Position numbers and translations under genes: made by a program
The notes under the pieces: model-generated
What the model saw: only the letters and a program-made list of their open reading frames with translations
Told to the model about the DNA's origin: nothing
Database searches by the model: none
Source of the DNA: an uncultured virus (IMG/VR IMGVR_UViG_3300023105_001655)
Lineage: Duplodnaviria; Heunggongvirae; Uroviricota; Caudoviricetes
Virus record (IMG/VR): IMGVR_UViG_3300023105_001655
Direction: 5' to 3' (one strand)
Length of the DNA stretch: 64,000 bases
In this document: positions 21,187 to 29,944 of the stretch, in pieces
Layout of the letters: the number at the start of each line of letters is the position of its first letter
Numbering within the stretch: the stretch's first letter is position 1

Positions 21187-21435
21187 ATGAATAGACCAAT
21201 GATGGATAACGAAGTATCTTCGGAACAGTATACCAGAGACCCTCATTCTGGTGCTCTTTTATCTGTGGATCACGCTGGTCTTCAACGATATAAAAGAAAA
21301 ATAGCTTCTGACATTAGAGGAAAAAAACAAATTTCCGAAATGTCAAATGATATAAATAGTTTGAAAGAAGAACTCAAAGAAATGAAAAACCTCTTGAGCA
21401 CGTTTTTAAATTCTTACAACAAAAATGACAGATAG
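21187..21435 (+). CDS. Small coiled-coil hypothetical protein
   Basis: RDPHSGALL...Y....DINSLKEELKEMKNLL pattern commonly follows DUF4815 genes; start placed after the late promoter (ORF track gives 21148). Confidence 0.7.
   Translation: MNRPMMDNEVSSEQYTRDPHSGALLSVDHAGLQRYKRKIASDIRGKKQISEMSNDINSLKEELKEMKNLLSTFLNSYNKNDR
21351..21358 (+). promoter_or_regulatory. Late promoter TATAAATA (internal, probably serving 21444)
   Basis: Exact consensus about 85 nt upstream of the next structural gene. Confidence 0.6.
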
Positions 21436-21443
21436 GGACTAAA

Positions 21444-22289
21444 ATGGCTACGATTACTTTAAGGTCAGCAAAAGGGTCTCCACTTACTAACACCGAAGTG
21501 GATACAAACTTTACCAACCTAAACAACGACAAATATGAGTCTGGTGATAACGCTTCTTTTGGTACTCTAAGTGCTACTGGAAATGTAACATTTGGCATTG
21601 CTGCTTCTGTTACAGCTGCTGGTACTACTCAGGGAACTGCAACTGCAATCACAAAAACTTATAATATTGTCGAAACCGCTTCTGCGAATCAAGGTGTTGT
21701 ACTTCCCTCAGCTGCTGCTGGTTTGATCATCAATATCTACAATACTAGTGGTGCTACTATCAAAGTTTATCCCACTTCTACTGAGACCATTGATGGTGGC
21801 GCCGCAAACGCAGCCGTTGAACTGGTGACAGACAATGGTTCTGAGTTTGTTGGTACTGGAACTGGTGCTTGGCAACAGGTAGGTTCTGGTGGTAACAACG
21901 TGGAAGACTTTACTATCAATGGTACTGCTTCACTTCTTGGAGACTTGAAGGTTGGTGTAACTGCTTCTGTTTCTTCTGCTGGTACTTCCCAAGGAGATGC
22001 TACTGCACTCACAGAAACTTTCAACGCAATTACTACTGTTGGCTCTTCTTCTCAGGGTGTAAAACTTCCTGCTGCTGCAGCTGGACTTACTATTGTTGTT
22101 GCTAACACAACTTCAACCGATTGTAAATTGTATCCGAATACATCTGATACGATCAATGGCGGAAGTTCTAACGTTGCGGTAACTTTGCCCGCACATACAA
22201 CATTTACTTTGACATGCAAAGATACTACAGATTGGATCAGACATCGTGGACTCGCTGTGTTCAACTCTAGTGGTACATTGATTAACTAA
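21444..22289 (+). CDS. Fibre/baseplate-associated structural protein with an internal domain duplication
   Basis: R..KGSPLT..EVD.NF..LN N-terminal trimer/attachment motif; two ~100-aa repeats (AGT.QG.ATA.T...GV.LP.AAAGL...K.YP...TI.GG). Confidence 0.75.
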   Translation: MATITLRSAKGSPLTNTEVDTNFTNLNNDKYESGDNASFGTLSATGNVTFGIAASVTAAGTTQGTATAITKTYNIVETASANQGVVLPSAAAGLIINIYNTSGATIKVYPTSTETIDGGAANAAVELVTDNGSEFVGTGTGAWQQVGSGGNNVEDFTINGTASLLGDLKVGVTASVSSAGTSQGDATALTETFNAITTVGSSSQGVKLPAAAAGLTIVVANTTSTDCKLYPNTSDTINGGSSNVAVTLPAHTTFTLTCKDTTDWIRHRGLAVFNSSGTLIN

Positions 22290-22300
22290 GGAGTTTATAG

Positions 22301-23275
22301 ATGGCTGGCCCAATAACACTAAAAGCAGGTTCATATCCAGCTGCCGCAGATGGTTTGCAAGGATTTCGTGAGCTTACTAATACCGAAATTGCAAACCAAA
22401 TTGCTGGTGTTATTACATCAAAGTTTGCAACTGATACTGATGGAACTGGTACTGCCGAACTCGTAGTAACTACTGGAAGTCTTTCTGCTGGAGTTACTAA
22501 CATTGGTTCTTTCTCGGATAGAGTGAGACAGGAATCGGTTGGAGCTCATCCAGCAAGTGGCGCTATTAGCACTACTACAAACACTTTCGGTCAGGTGAAT
22601 ACTGTTTTATCAGAAAATCCTACCAGACCTTTGAGATGGAATGGGTCTGGAGTAGAAGAAAGTAGTGATGGAGAAATTGACACAGAAATTTTAGATATTG
22701 TTATTAATGCGATGGTATCAGAAGATGCTAATACTGTAGGTCAGTATAAAATTGACACATCTTCTCCGGCTGGAGGAACGTGGACTGCTAGATATACTAT
22801 CACTGATACTCAGACAGATGGCACAACTGTCTCATATTATTTGTGGCAAAAAACTGGTGTTACCACTAATGCTGGTACTGATAGTAATCTCCTGTTAAAA
22901 TCTGATGACTTTGGTAATGTCACAGAAATGTCAGTTGCTGATGTAGAAACGCTGGATAATAGTTTTAGAAACAGAATTATCTCTTCTGGTGTAGGAACAT
23001 ATCTTGTTCAGACTGGTTCGCCCACAGACCCAGGCACATGGGTTCAAATGGGTGGAACAATGACAGACAACCTCAAAGATATTACAAATGTAAATTATGC
23101 GGGTGGTTATACTGGTACATATACTGGTTACTATGACAGATTCTTCTCTGGATATTTAAACGGGTCTTATGCTGGTAGTTATTCTGGTACATATACTGGT
23201 TACTATGCTGGTGCTACGATTCAGTCTTCATCTTCTACACAAGAAACAAAACAACTTTTCTTGAGAACCGCTTAA
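22301..23275 (+). CDS. Putative virion fibre protein with a C-terminal Tyr/Gly period-4 repeat
   Basis: Thr/Ser/Gly-rich, strong AAGGAG SD, C-terminal YAGG YTGT YTGY YDRF FSGY LNGS YAGS YSGT YTGY YAG. Confidence 0.65.
   Translation: MAGPITLKAGSYPAAADGLQGFRELTNTEIANQIAGVITSKFATDTDGTGTAELVVTTGSLSAGVTNIGSFSDRVRQESVGAHPASGAISTTTNTFGQVNTVLSENPTRPLRWNGSGVEESSDGEIDTEILDIVINAMVSEDANTVGQYKIDTSSPAGGTWTARYTITDTQTDGTTVSYYLWQKTGVTTNAGTDSNLLLKSDDFGNVTEMSVADVETLDNSFRNRIISSGVGTYLVQTGSPTDPGTWVQMGGTMTDNLKDITNVNYAGGYTGTYTGYYDRFFSGYLNGSYAGSYSGTYTGYYAGATIQSSSSTQETKQLFLRTA
23112..23207 (+). repeat. Perfect 24-bp direct repeat CTGGTACATATACTGGTTACTATG (23112-23135 and 23184-23207)
   Basis: Read directly; copies are 72 bp apart and in frame. 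Confidence 0.9.
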
Positions 23276-23290
23276 TCAATTGACATATAT

Positions 23291-23326
23291 AATAGTGAGT
23301 GTTGTGGTGACACTCACTATTTTTTT
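23291..23326 (+). terminator. Rho-independent terminator
   Basis: AATAGTGAGTGT / ACACTCACTATT 12-bp stem followed by a T-tract. Confidence 0.8.
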
Positions 23327-23343
23327 ACATTATGAGGAATATT

Positions 23344-23781
23344 ATGTCAGACCTCCCCAAGTACAAAAATCCTAGATGGGTCGATAAAGAAACTCGCCGA
23401 GTATGGTGTGAAATTCTTGTCGGAGAAAGATATCATCAATGTAATATTAATGCTGGCAACCCAGAAGAGGGTCTTGTCAATAAAGATTTTGATAATATCA
23501 TGGAAGAGTTTGGTGAAGAAGTTCTTGATGAGAATACCAAACTTTATGAAGAAAATTTAGATGAAGATCGAAAGAAGGCTGAAGAAGCTAGAGAAGTTCA
23601 CATCAATCGGATCAAACAAGAAACTCTCTTTGAGATGAAACTTGAAGCATTTGAGATTGATCTAATCAAAGAATCTCCCAACAAAGAATTAAAAAAACTT
23701 CTTAGAAAAGCTAAAACCGTTGTTGAGGTTCAGGCTTACGCAACACTTTTATTACAAGAAGCTATCTCTAATTCTGAATGA
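23344..23781 (+). CDS. Hypothetical protein, possibly a fibre assembly chaperone
   Basis: YKNPRWVD.....CEI start resembles fibre-assembly chaperones; helical C-terminus; GAGG SD favours ATG 23344. Confidence 0.55.
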   Translation: MSDLPKYKNPRWVDKETRRVWCEILVGERYHQCNINAGNPEEGLVNKDFDNIMEEFGEEVLDENTKLYEENLDEDRKKAEEAREVHINRIKQETLFEMKLEAFEIDLIKESPNKELKKLLRKAKTVVEVQAYATLLLQEAISNSE

Positions 23782-24497
23782 ACGGATATCTATACGTTGC
23801 AACGGTGAGAAAAGAATATTATCTCGCCGCCAAAGAGTCAGCTCTTTCGCTCCTCGACTTTAATCCAGAAGCAAGAATAACTTTATTCGCACTAGAAGAA
23901 TGGATTGAAGAAGAAGACCACGAAATCTTTGATCATATTATAACTGACATCCCCAATCATGTTAGAACAAAGTTGTGGGCTTTGTCAAGAACTCCATATG
24001 ATATCACCATGTATATTGATTGTGATACTTACATTCAACATGAAGATATCAAAGATGTCTTTGGTTTTATAGGCAACAACGATATTATCTTTACCAAAAA
24101 TCGTCCATACAATGCTAAAATAACAAAACTAAATGATACGGAAGAAATGGTTTATCACTGTGGTGTTTTTGTTTATAAAAAGAACGCAAAAACAGTTGAC
24201 CTCATGGATGATTGGTATGAGTATTATTGCGAACAAATAAAACCATCTTATGATCCTAGTCCATACACGCACATGGTGAAACCTTGGGATACCTTTACTA
24301 TGTGGTATCTACTAAATAAAACAGACCACAAAGATAAAATAAAAGTTGGTGAGTTCCCAGAACCAGATGCCAGATGGAACTTTTGTATGGGTCAAAGACC
24401 AGAAGAACTTGTGGGACAAGATGTTGTTATCACTCATTATACATTGGGAAGAGTAACTTTAAATGCAAACCATAACCATCAATCAAGAATTAAATAA
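23778..24497 (+). CDS. GT-A fold glycosyltransferase (GT8-like)
   Basis: K...L..TPYD.T.YIDCD (DxD), HCGVFVY, WDTF, ARWN, ITHY motifs. Confidence 0.8.
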   Translation: MNGYLYVATVRKEYYLAAKESALSLLDFNPEARITLFALEEWIEEEDHEIFDHIITDIPNHVRTKLWALSRTPYDITMYIDCDTYIQHEDIKDVFGFIGNNDIIFTKNRPYNAKITKLNDTEEMVYHCGVFVYKKNAKTVDLMDDWYEYYCEQIKPSYDPSPYTHMVKPWDTFTMWYLLNKTDHKDKIKVGEFPEPDARWNFCMGQRPEELVGQDVVITHYTLGRVTLNANHNHQSRIK

Positions 24498-25068
24498 GAT
24501 TCTTGAAGACTACATTGTTTGGTTCAACAAAAAAAACTTTGATCTATCTTTTGATGAGAGACGGATTGGAGACAATGATATGGAATATTATTGCTCTCAA
24601 GAATATCTTAATGAAGTTATGTCAAAGGGAAACAAACATAAAGGCCCGCCAGAGTTTGCTAAGGTATGTGACTTTCACCTAACTGCAAAGGTTCCAAAAG
24701 AAGCCAGAGAAAAATCTTTAGACTTCAGCAAAAATCTATCAGCATATCTTGGTGCAAAGTTTACCGCAGTCCACGTTTATTATCCCGTAGGTGGATTTAT
24801 GTCTTGGCACAATAACTGGGATTGTCCAGGCTATAACATACTTCTGTCTCATAGTGACGGGGGTGGATTTTTTAAACACCTAGAAGATGGTAAAATAAAA
24901 ACGATCAATGACCAGCCTGGTTGGTCTGCAAAGGTTGGATATTATGGTGGTAAAGAGGAAGAACCCTATTGGCACTGTGCTGGATCAAATAGTCCAAGAC
25001 AAACAATAGGGTTTGTTATTCCCGACAAAACTATGTGGGAAATGATGGTAGAGGACATCGAGGGTTAA
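24463..25068 (+). CDS. 2OG-Fe(II) oxygenase-like (double-stranded beta-helix) protein
   Basis: YYPVGGFMSWHNN (HxN), distal WHC, and R-x-T-I-G-F in the position of the 2OG-binding Arg. Confidence 0.6.
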   Translation: MQTITINQELNKILEDYIVWFNKKNFDLSFDERRIGDNDMEYYCSQEYLNEVMSKGNKHKGPPEFAKVCDFHLTAKVPKEAREKSLDFSKNLSAYLGAKFTAVHVYYPVGGFMSWHNNWDCPGYNILLSHSDGGGFFKHLEDGKIKTINDQPGWSAKVGYYGGKEEEPYWHCAGSNSPRQTIGFVIPDKTMWEMMVEDIEG

Positions 25069-25748
25069 AAGAAACCCTCTCTCTGCCCGATGATCATGTA
25101 ACGATCATATTCTTTCTTTCCTTCCCAAGAGAAGTATGTCTGTTGTTTTGTTCCTTCGTATCCAGTTTCGGATATTCCCATCTGTTCTTTCAGTTCTTCA
25201 ATTGATCCGACACAGTTGATACCGTACATTTCTTCTACCACATTTGAATTCTGTACTGCATAAACCGCTTGTGCATTTTTTCCATTGAGTTCTTGCAGAG
25301 GATACATCTGTTCAGTATGAATACAAATTACCACATCAACTTCAATCTTGTTTAAGTTTTCAAATTCAAATGGTACATCAAGATTCCAGTGACGGATGTT
25401 GACAAATTTTTCTTGGGCGTAGTGTTTATGAAAAATTTTTGACAGTTCGATTGACTCTTCATCCAAGTCAACCATGTGAATCTGTGATACGTCTAGATTT
25501 TCACAGAGAAGAGGAACCATAGGAATCCCCAACCAAGAGTTTAGAATTAGAATTCTTAGGTTGCCAGTTTTTGTGTAATACTCCTCAAGATATTTTTTTA
25601 GTTCTTCTACACACCAGACACTAGCTTCCATATTATTTTCCGACAAAGATTGTCTGAAGTCTGCCAGTTTATGTGGCATTTTCTTTTCGATAATATGTAG
25701 AGCTTCGCCCCAGTTTTTATAGTTGTTGATAAAATTAGAATTTAACAT
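25065..25748 (-). CDS. Class I SAM-dependent methyltransferase-like protein (degenerate motif I)
   Basis: ILILNSWLG (motif I-like), IHMVDLDEE (motif II acidic), DVVICIHTEQM, YAVQNSN, DRYMIIG. Confidence 0.55.
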   Translation of the reverse strand: MLNSNFINNYKNWGEALHIIEKKMPHKLADFRQSLSENNMEASVWCVEELKKYLEEYYTKTGNLRILILNSWLGIPMVPLLCENLDVSQIHMVDLDEESIELSKIFHKHYAQEKFVNIRHWNLDVPFEFENLNKIEVDVVICIHTEQMYPLQELNGKNAQAVYAVQNSNVVEEMYGINCVGSIEELKEQMGISETGYEGTKQQTYFSWEGKKEYDRYMIIGQREGFF

Positions 25749-26409
25749 CTTCACTTTTTCCCATTGAGTCAAATATACAAATATATGGTAGTTCTCTGTA
25801 TGTATGTCTTTCTATGTCATGCGGAAAAACATATCCCTGATTAAAACTGTACACCCATCCTAGTGGAAACATTTTTGTTTTTACCACCCTTCTGTTGTAG
25901 AAGAAGTTGTCAAGGCCTCGATAGTACCACAGTATTTGTTTCTTATACTTGTTAAAATATTCGATCAGTTCTCTAGTATTTAGACTGTCATTCCAGCGCA
26001 ACACAGATGAGTTCAAGTCAGTGTACTTGTGTGGAATGTGTCTAGTGTCCCTGTACTGTGTTTCTAGATCGTGCCACCATGTTTTTACAAAACACAGACA
26101 ATCTTCTGGATCATAGTTTACAATATCATCGATGTTCTTTTGGATGATTACGTCCAAGTCAAAGAACATCTTTTCGCCTTTTTGTGTAACAATAGTATCA
26201 TCAAACAGATACATCTTATTCCACCACTTTTCTAGTTTGTTTCCGCCTGGAAATGACAATACTTTTATAGCGGGGTCTAGGTCTTTTGAATCTTCTGTTA
26301 GACAATAGAAGTCAAAGTCGCAACTTATATGTTGCTTACAACTCTCATAGAGTTGATTTACATGAGAAGCAATATATTTGTTGCCCCATTTAACAGTGTA
26401 AATATTCAT
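25735..26409 (-). CDS. GT-A glycosyltransferase (KWG-x-KY family)
   Basis: VKWGNKY...VN.L, FYCLTED, WWNKMYLF, FFDLDVII, NSSVLRW. Confidence 0.8.
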   Translation of the reverse strand: MNIYTVKWGNKYIASHVNQLYESCKQHISCDFDFYCLTEDSKDLDPAIKVLSFPGGNKLEKWWNKMYLFDDTIVTQKGEKMFFDLDVIIQKNIDDIVNYDPEDCLCFVKTWWHDLETQYRDTRHIPHKYTDLNSSVLRWNDSLNTRELIEYFNKYKKQILWYYRGLDNFFYNRRVVKTKMFPLGWVYSFNQGYVFPHDIERHTYRELPYICIFDSMGKSEDVKF

Positions 26410-27224
26410 TCACCAGTCCAATGTTTTAGTAGTTGAGGGTCTGCGAGTTCATCTTGTTTTGTGTGACCTCTACTTTTGTCTTCAAAAGGCAAAAGATCAA
26501 CATTGAACACACATATGATACAGTTTGGTCTGTAGATTCCAACGTTCAAATCATCTTCATCCCATGACCTACCACGGTTATATGAGTATGCCATCCAAGA
26601 AGGGAAGTGATCCCACAAGTCTTCGCCGTACCTACCCCATTTCCAAGAGTGATAGTTGTCGGTTCCATCGGTGTATGTGAACCAAATTTTTTCTTGATTC
26701 TCTAATACATCATTCCAGATACACTCACACTGATCATCTGACCACACTTGACAAGAACCATTCGTATATGCACCGTGGGCCAATTTAAATTGCCGTGTGG
26801 TCATCGGTCTTGGGTCTTGCCACCAAGACTTCATCTTAGTGGGTCTTTCCATGTTGTATGTTAGGACAGGTGTAAGATCACCTTGGATAATAACATCAAG
26901 ATCAAAAAAAACAAAGCGCCCAGTAGGTTTATCGTCAGCAAAATTATGAGTATTGAAAACAAAAGTTTTAGGACGATCCCAGCAACGTGCCATACCATAC
27001 TTAAAATCTTCAGTCCCAAACCAATACTTAGGATGAATATTAGGAATATCAGGAAATGGTATAACATTGATGTCAGAGTCAAATCCATCTGAATTGTCCG
27101 TGTAACAATAAAAATAAAATTCAAATTCTTCTGGCGTGTTTCTTTTCGCCATTTCTTTTAATCTGTTGACGAAGTGCGGGCCATACTTTGTTCCCCACTT
27201 GCAACATACATAATTTACTCTCAC
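26406..27224 (-). CDS. GT-A glycosyltransferase (KWG-x-KY family)
   Basis: CCKWGTKY...VN.L, FYCYTD, CWDRPK, FFDLDVII, NGSCQVW, GTDNY. Confidence 0.8.
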   Translation of the reverse strand: MRVNYVCCKWGTKYGPHFVNRLKEMAKRNTPEEFEFYFYCYTDNSDGFDSDINVIPFPDIPNIHPKYWFGTEDFKYGMARCWDRPKTFVFNTHNFADDKPTGRFVFFDLDVIIQGDLTPVLTYNMERPTKMKSWWQDPRPMTTRQFKLAHGAYTNGSCQVWSDDQCECIWNDVLENQEKIWFTYTDGTDNYHSWKWGRYGEDLWDHFPSWMAYSYNRGRSWDEDDLNVGIYRPNCIICVFNVDLLPFEDKSRGHTKQDELADPQLLKHWTGE

Positions 27225-29944
27225 TTACACCCTCCGCATTTTTTATTACAAATAGTCAGGGGGTTTCTTTTTAAACTCTGACTAACATTTTCAAAGTCGT
27301 TACTATAAATTATCTCGCCAACAGTAAAATTCTTTAAACTATTATACTGCGAATTGTATGTGTAGTCAAGTGGATGATAGGGTAATAATCTACTTTCTAA
27401 TACATCTCTTGCTATATAGGCACACGGATATGCGCCACTGTCAGCACTAACATAAAAATATCCACTCTTTCTTGCATCGCACCAGACTGCCTCGGACTTC
27501 TTCGCCTTTGGTTTTGGTCTACGAACCTCGTCCTTTTGTTTGAACATCTTTAACGTTTCCAAGTTTACGGGGATGTCACTGGCGATAGTTTCTTGTACTA
27601 TGGGAATGTTTTCCGTCTGTTGCGGATGATCGATATATTCTATTTTATCAACCCAAGTTGGTTTGATAAACGTTTGATCATATGTTTGAACCGTAACGGT
27701 AATCCCATTGTCTTGGAAGTATTTACAGATTTCCTCAAAGTGTTCTGATTTGGTAGGGTCTGACAATTCACACATAAGCGTAACCCAATTGACTCTATAC
27801 CTATCGAAAATCTTTCTGATAGATGAGATTGTATGTTCGTTTTCTGTTAAGAATAAATCATTGTACGGGTCATTGGTATCGTTTCTTTTGCTACTTAATT
27901 GAACCAAGGCTCCTTCTGGGGCTCCATCTTCATATAGTCCTCGATACATATCAGAGTACTGTTCCCCATGCATTTGGAAATACTTAACTAGAGTATCGTC
28001 TGATATGTTATCTTGTTTCAAGATTCCCAAAAGTTCATCCTTTGGCATGATGTTATACAGTCTTTCAAATACTGCTTCATAATCTTGTTTGTAGAACAAC
28101 TCTTTTAGATTGTCTATGTAGTATCTGCGGTATAAACTCTGGATGTCACCGTCATCTGCATCCCAGAATAATCTTTGCATCCCATACATTCTAACATTTT
28201 TCATGAACTCTTTTTTTATTTTTGGCAGTTCATTTTTATGCCACAGTCTACGATACAGTGCAAAACACTGTAGCCAGCTGATGTTCCAGAAGTATCTCAC
28301 CGGCCCATATTCTTTTGCTTCTTCATAAACAATTTTGTGTTGTCTGGATATATACCTTTCTTTATAGAAGTCATAGATTCCATCAACGTTTTTATTCCAA
28401 TACAGTGATTGATCTCCGTTCTGCAATATCTTGTCTTCTGGAAAATCAGCCAAAAACTTTTTGTGCATAGAAATCATATCACCAGTTTCATATATCTCTT
28501 TAATTATTTTTCTGTGATGAGATTCTATTCTTCTAATAAATGTGAAGTCTGAAATTTCTTTTTCTAACTCTGGGAACTTTTCCTTGATATTTGGAATGGT
28601 GTCCTCTTTCAGAGTTTCTAACTCTGGGAAGTACTCTATCATTTGTTTTGATAAAGATGTCAGATCATTCTCATCCAACATATGTCTGAGTCTGCTTACG
28701 ATCTTTTGATCCATGTAGTTTTTTTCTAGTGTGTCATCCGTCATAGAATCAAACTGAGACCAGTTCTTAATGCTATCAAACTTGTCGTTGTACTTTTCCC
28801 AATCCTCTTTTATTTTTGGTAAGTCCTTGTAGAACTTATCAATAAGAACATCAAAGACAACCTTGTGCATCTTGTAAACATATCTTTCCTTATAGAAATC
28901 ATAGATTCCATTTACATCTTTGTTCCAGTATAAAGATTCATCTCCGTCCAACAAAAATGGATCGGTGGGAAAGTCTGCCAAGAATTTCTTGTGCATTGAA
29001 ATCAAGTCTCCATCAAGTTCTTTGATGGTTTCTAGGTGTCTGGATTCAATCTGTTTTACAAAAGGATCGTAAGAGTTTGCATCATTTATCAGAGTATCAA
29101 TTCTTTCTGTGTGTTTATTTTTAGTAAAGAAATTTTCTGGAAACTTTGGCATCCAAAGTTTTTCAAACTCAGTTTTCCCATGCCAGTGTATAAGAATGTT
29201 ATAGTCTTTGACTTCATGTGGTTTTATGAATTGACCTTTGCTTGGTACAACTGGGTTATCAAATATACAAAACTTTGCCGTTTCTCTATACAGATGTTCT
29301 GTCACATTATCTGGATATTGTTGTCCTCTATTGTAAGAGTATACCCAATCAGACGGAAGGAAAGACCAATAATTATCACCAACCACATCGTGTTCACGAT
29401 ATGGATAATAGTTATCGGTTCCCTTCCAAAAGGTTTTAAATACGGTGTTCTTGTGTTTTAGAACATCATTGTAAATTTTTTCTCCCTCATCATTGCACCA
29501 CAACATCACGCTAGAATTGTACAGACTACCTCTAATGTCAGTGAAACGTCTGTCTTTTAGTACTCTGGGGTCTTCCCAGTGAGAATACAACATGTGAGGA
29601 GTAGATGAAAGATCAAAGATTTCATCGATGTTGTTTTGAATTACAACATCCAAATCTAAATAACAAAAAGGCCCCTTGGTTTTTAACCATCGGTGAGAGT
29701 TTAATACTAAGAATTTCGACCTATCCCAACACCAGTTCTCTTTGCCAAACCAATAGTCTGGATGAAGTGGGTCAACTCTGGGAATTGATCTAATGGTTAT
29801 ATTTTTGTCTATTCCATCTGGGTCATCGGTATAACAAATAAACTTGTGGCGTTTCGTATAGTTCTGTTGAACCATCTTGCGTAAATTGTTTACATATTCT
29901 GCCGAGTATTTGTTACCCCATTTCATGCAGAGAAAGTGCATCAT
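27221..29944 (-). CDS. GT-A glycosyltransferase fused to a duplicated helical region and a degenerate radical-SAM/SPASM-like C-terminus
   Basis: N-term CMKWGNKY, YLDLDVVI, YNSSVMLW, GTDNY; duplicated GD.ISMHKKFLADFP.D..L..GD.SLYWNK.V.GIYDFYKERY; C-term C..(13)..YPC...CNKKCG. Confidence 0.75.
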   Translation of the reverse strand: MMHFLCMKWGNKYSAEYVNNLRKMVQQNYTKRHKFICYTDDPDGIDKNITIRSIPRVDPLHPDYWFGKENWCWDRSKFLVLNSHRWLKTKGPFCYLDLDVVIQNNIDEIFDLSSTPHMLYSHWEDPRVLKDRRFTDIRGSLYNSSVMLWCNDEGEKIYNDVLKHKNTVFKTFWKGTDNYYPYREHDVVGDNYWSFLPSDWVYSYNRGQQYPDNVTEHLYRETAKFCIFDNPVVPSKGQFIKPHEVKDYNILIHWHGKTEFEKLWMPKFPENFFTKNKHTERIDTLINDANSYDPFVKQIESRHLETIKELDGDLISMHKKFLADFPTDPFLLDGDESLYWNKDVNGIYDFYKERYVYKMHKVVFDVLIDKFYKDLPKIKEDWEKYNDKFDSIKNWSQFDSMTDDTLEKNYMDQKIVSRLRHMLDENDLTSLSKQMIEYFPELETLKEDTIPNIKEKFPELEKEISDFTFIRRIESHHRKIIKEIYETGDMISMHKKFLADFPEDKILQNGDQSLYWNKNVDGIYDFYKERYISRQHKIVYEEAKEYGPVRYFWNISWLQCFALYRRLWHKNELPKIKKEFMKNVRMYGMQRLFWDADDGDIQSLYRRYYIDNLKELFYKQDYEAVFERLYNIMPKDELLGILKQDNISDDTLVKYFQMHGEQYSDMYRGLYEDGAPEGALVQLSSKRNDTNDPYNDLFLTENEHTISSIRKIFDRYRVNWVTLMCELSDPTKSEHFEEICKYFQDNGITVTVQTYDQTFIKPTWVDKIEYIDHPQQTENIPIVQETIASDIPVNLETLKMFKQKDEVRRPKPKAKKSEAVWCDARKSGYFYVSADSGAYPCAYIARDVLESRLLPYHPLDYTYNSQYNSLKNFTVGEIIYSNDFENVSQSLKRNPLTICNKKCGGCK

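Noticed and set aside
23112..23207. 24-bp direct repeats with a 48-bp spacer as a mini CRISPR array
   Set aside because: Only two copies, in frame within a low-complexity protein repeat, and no cas genes.
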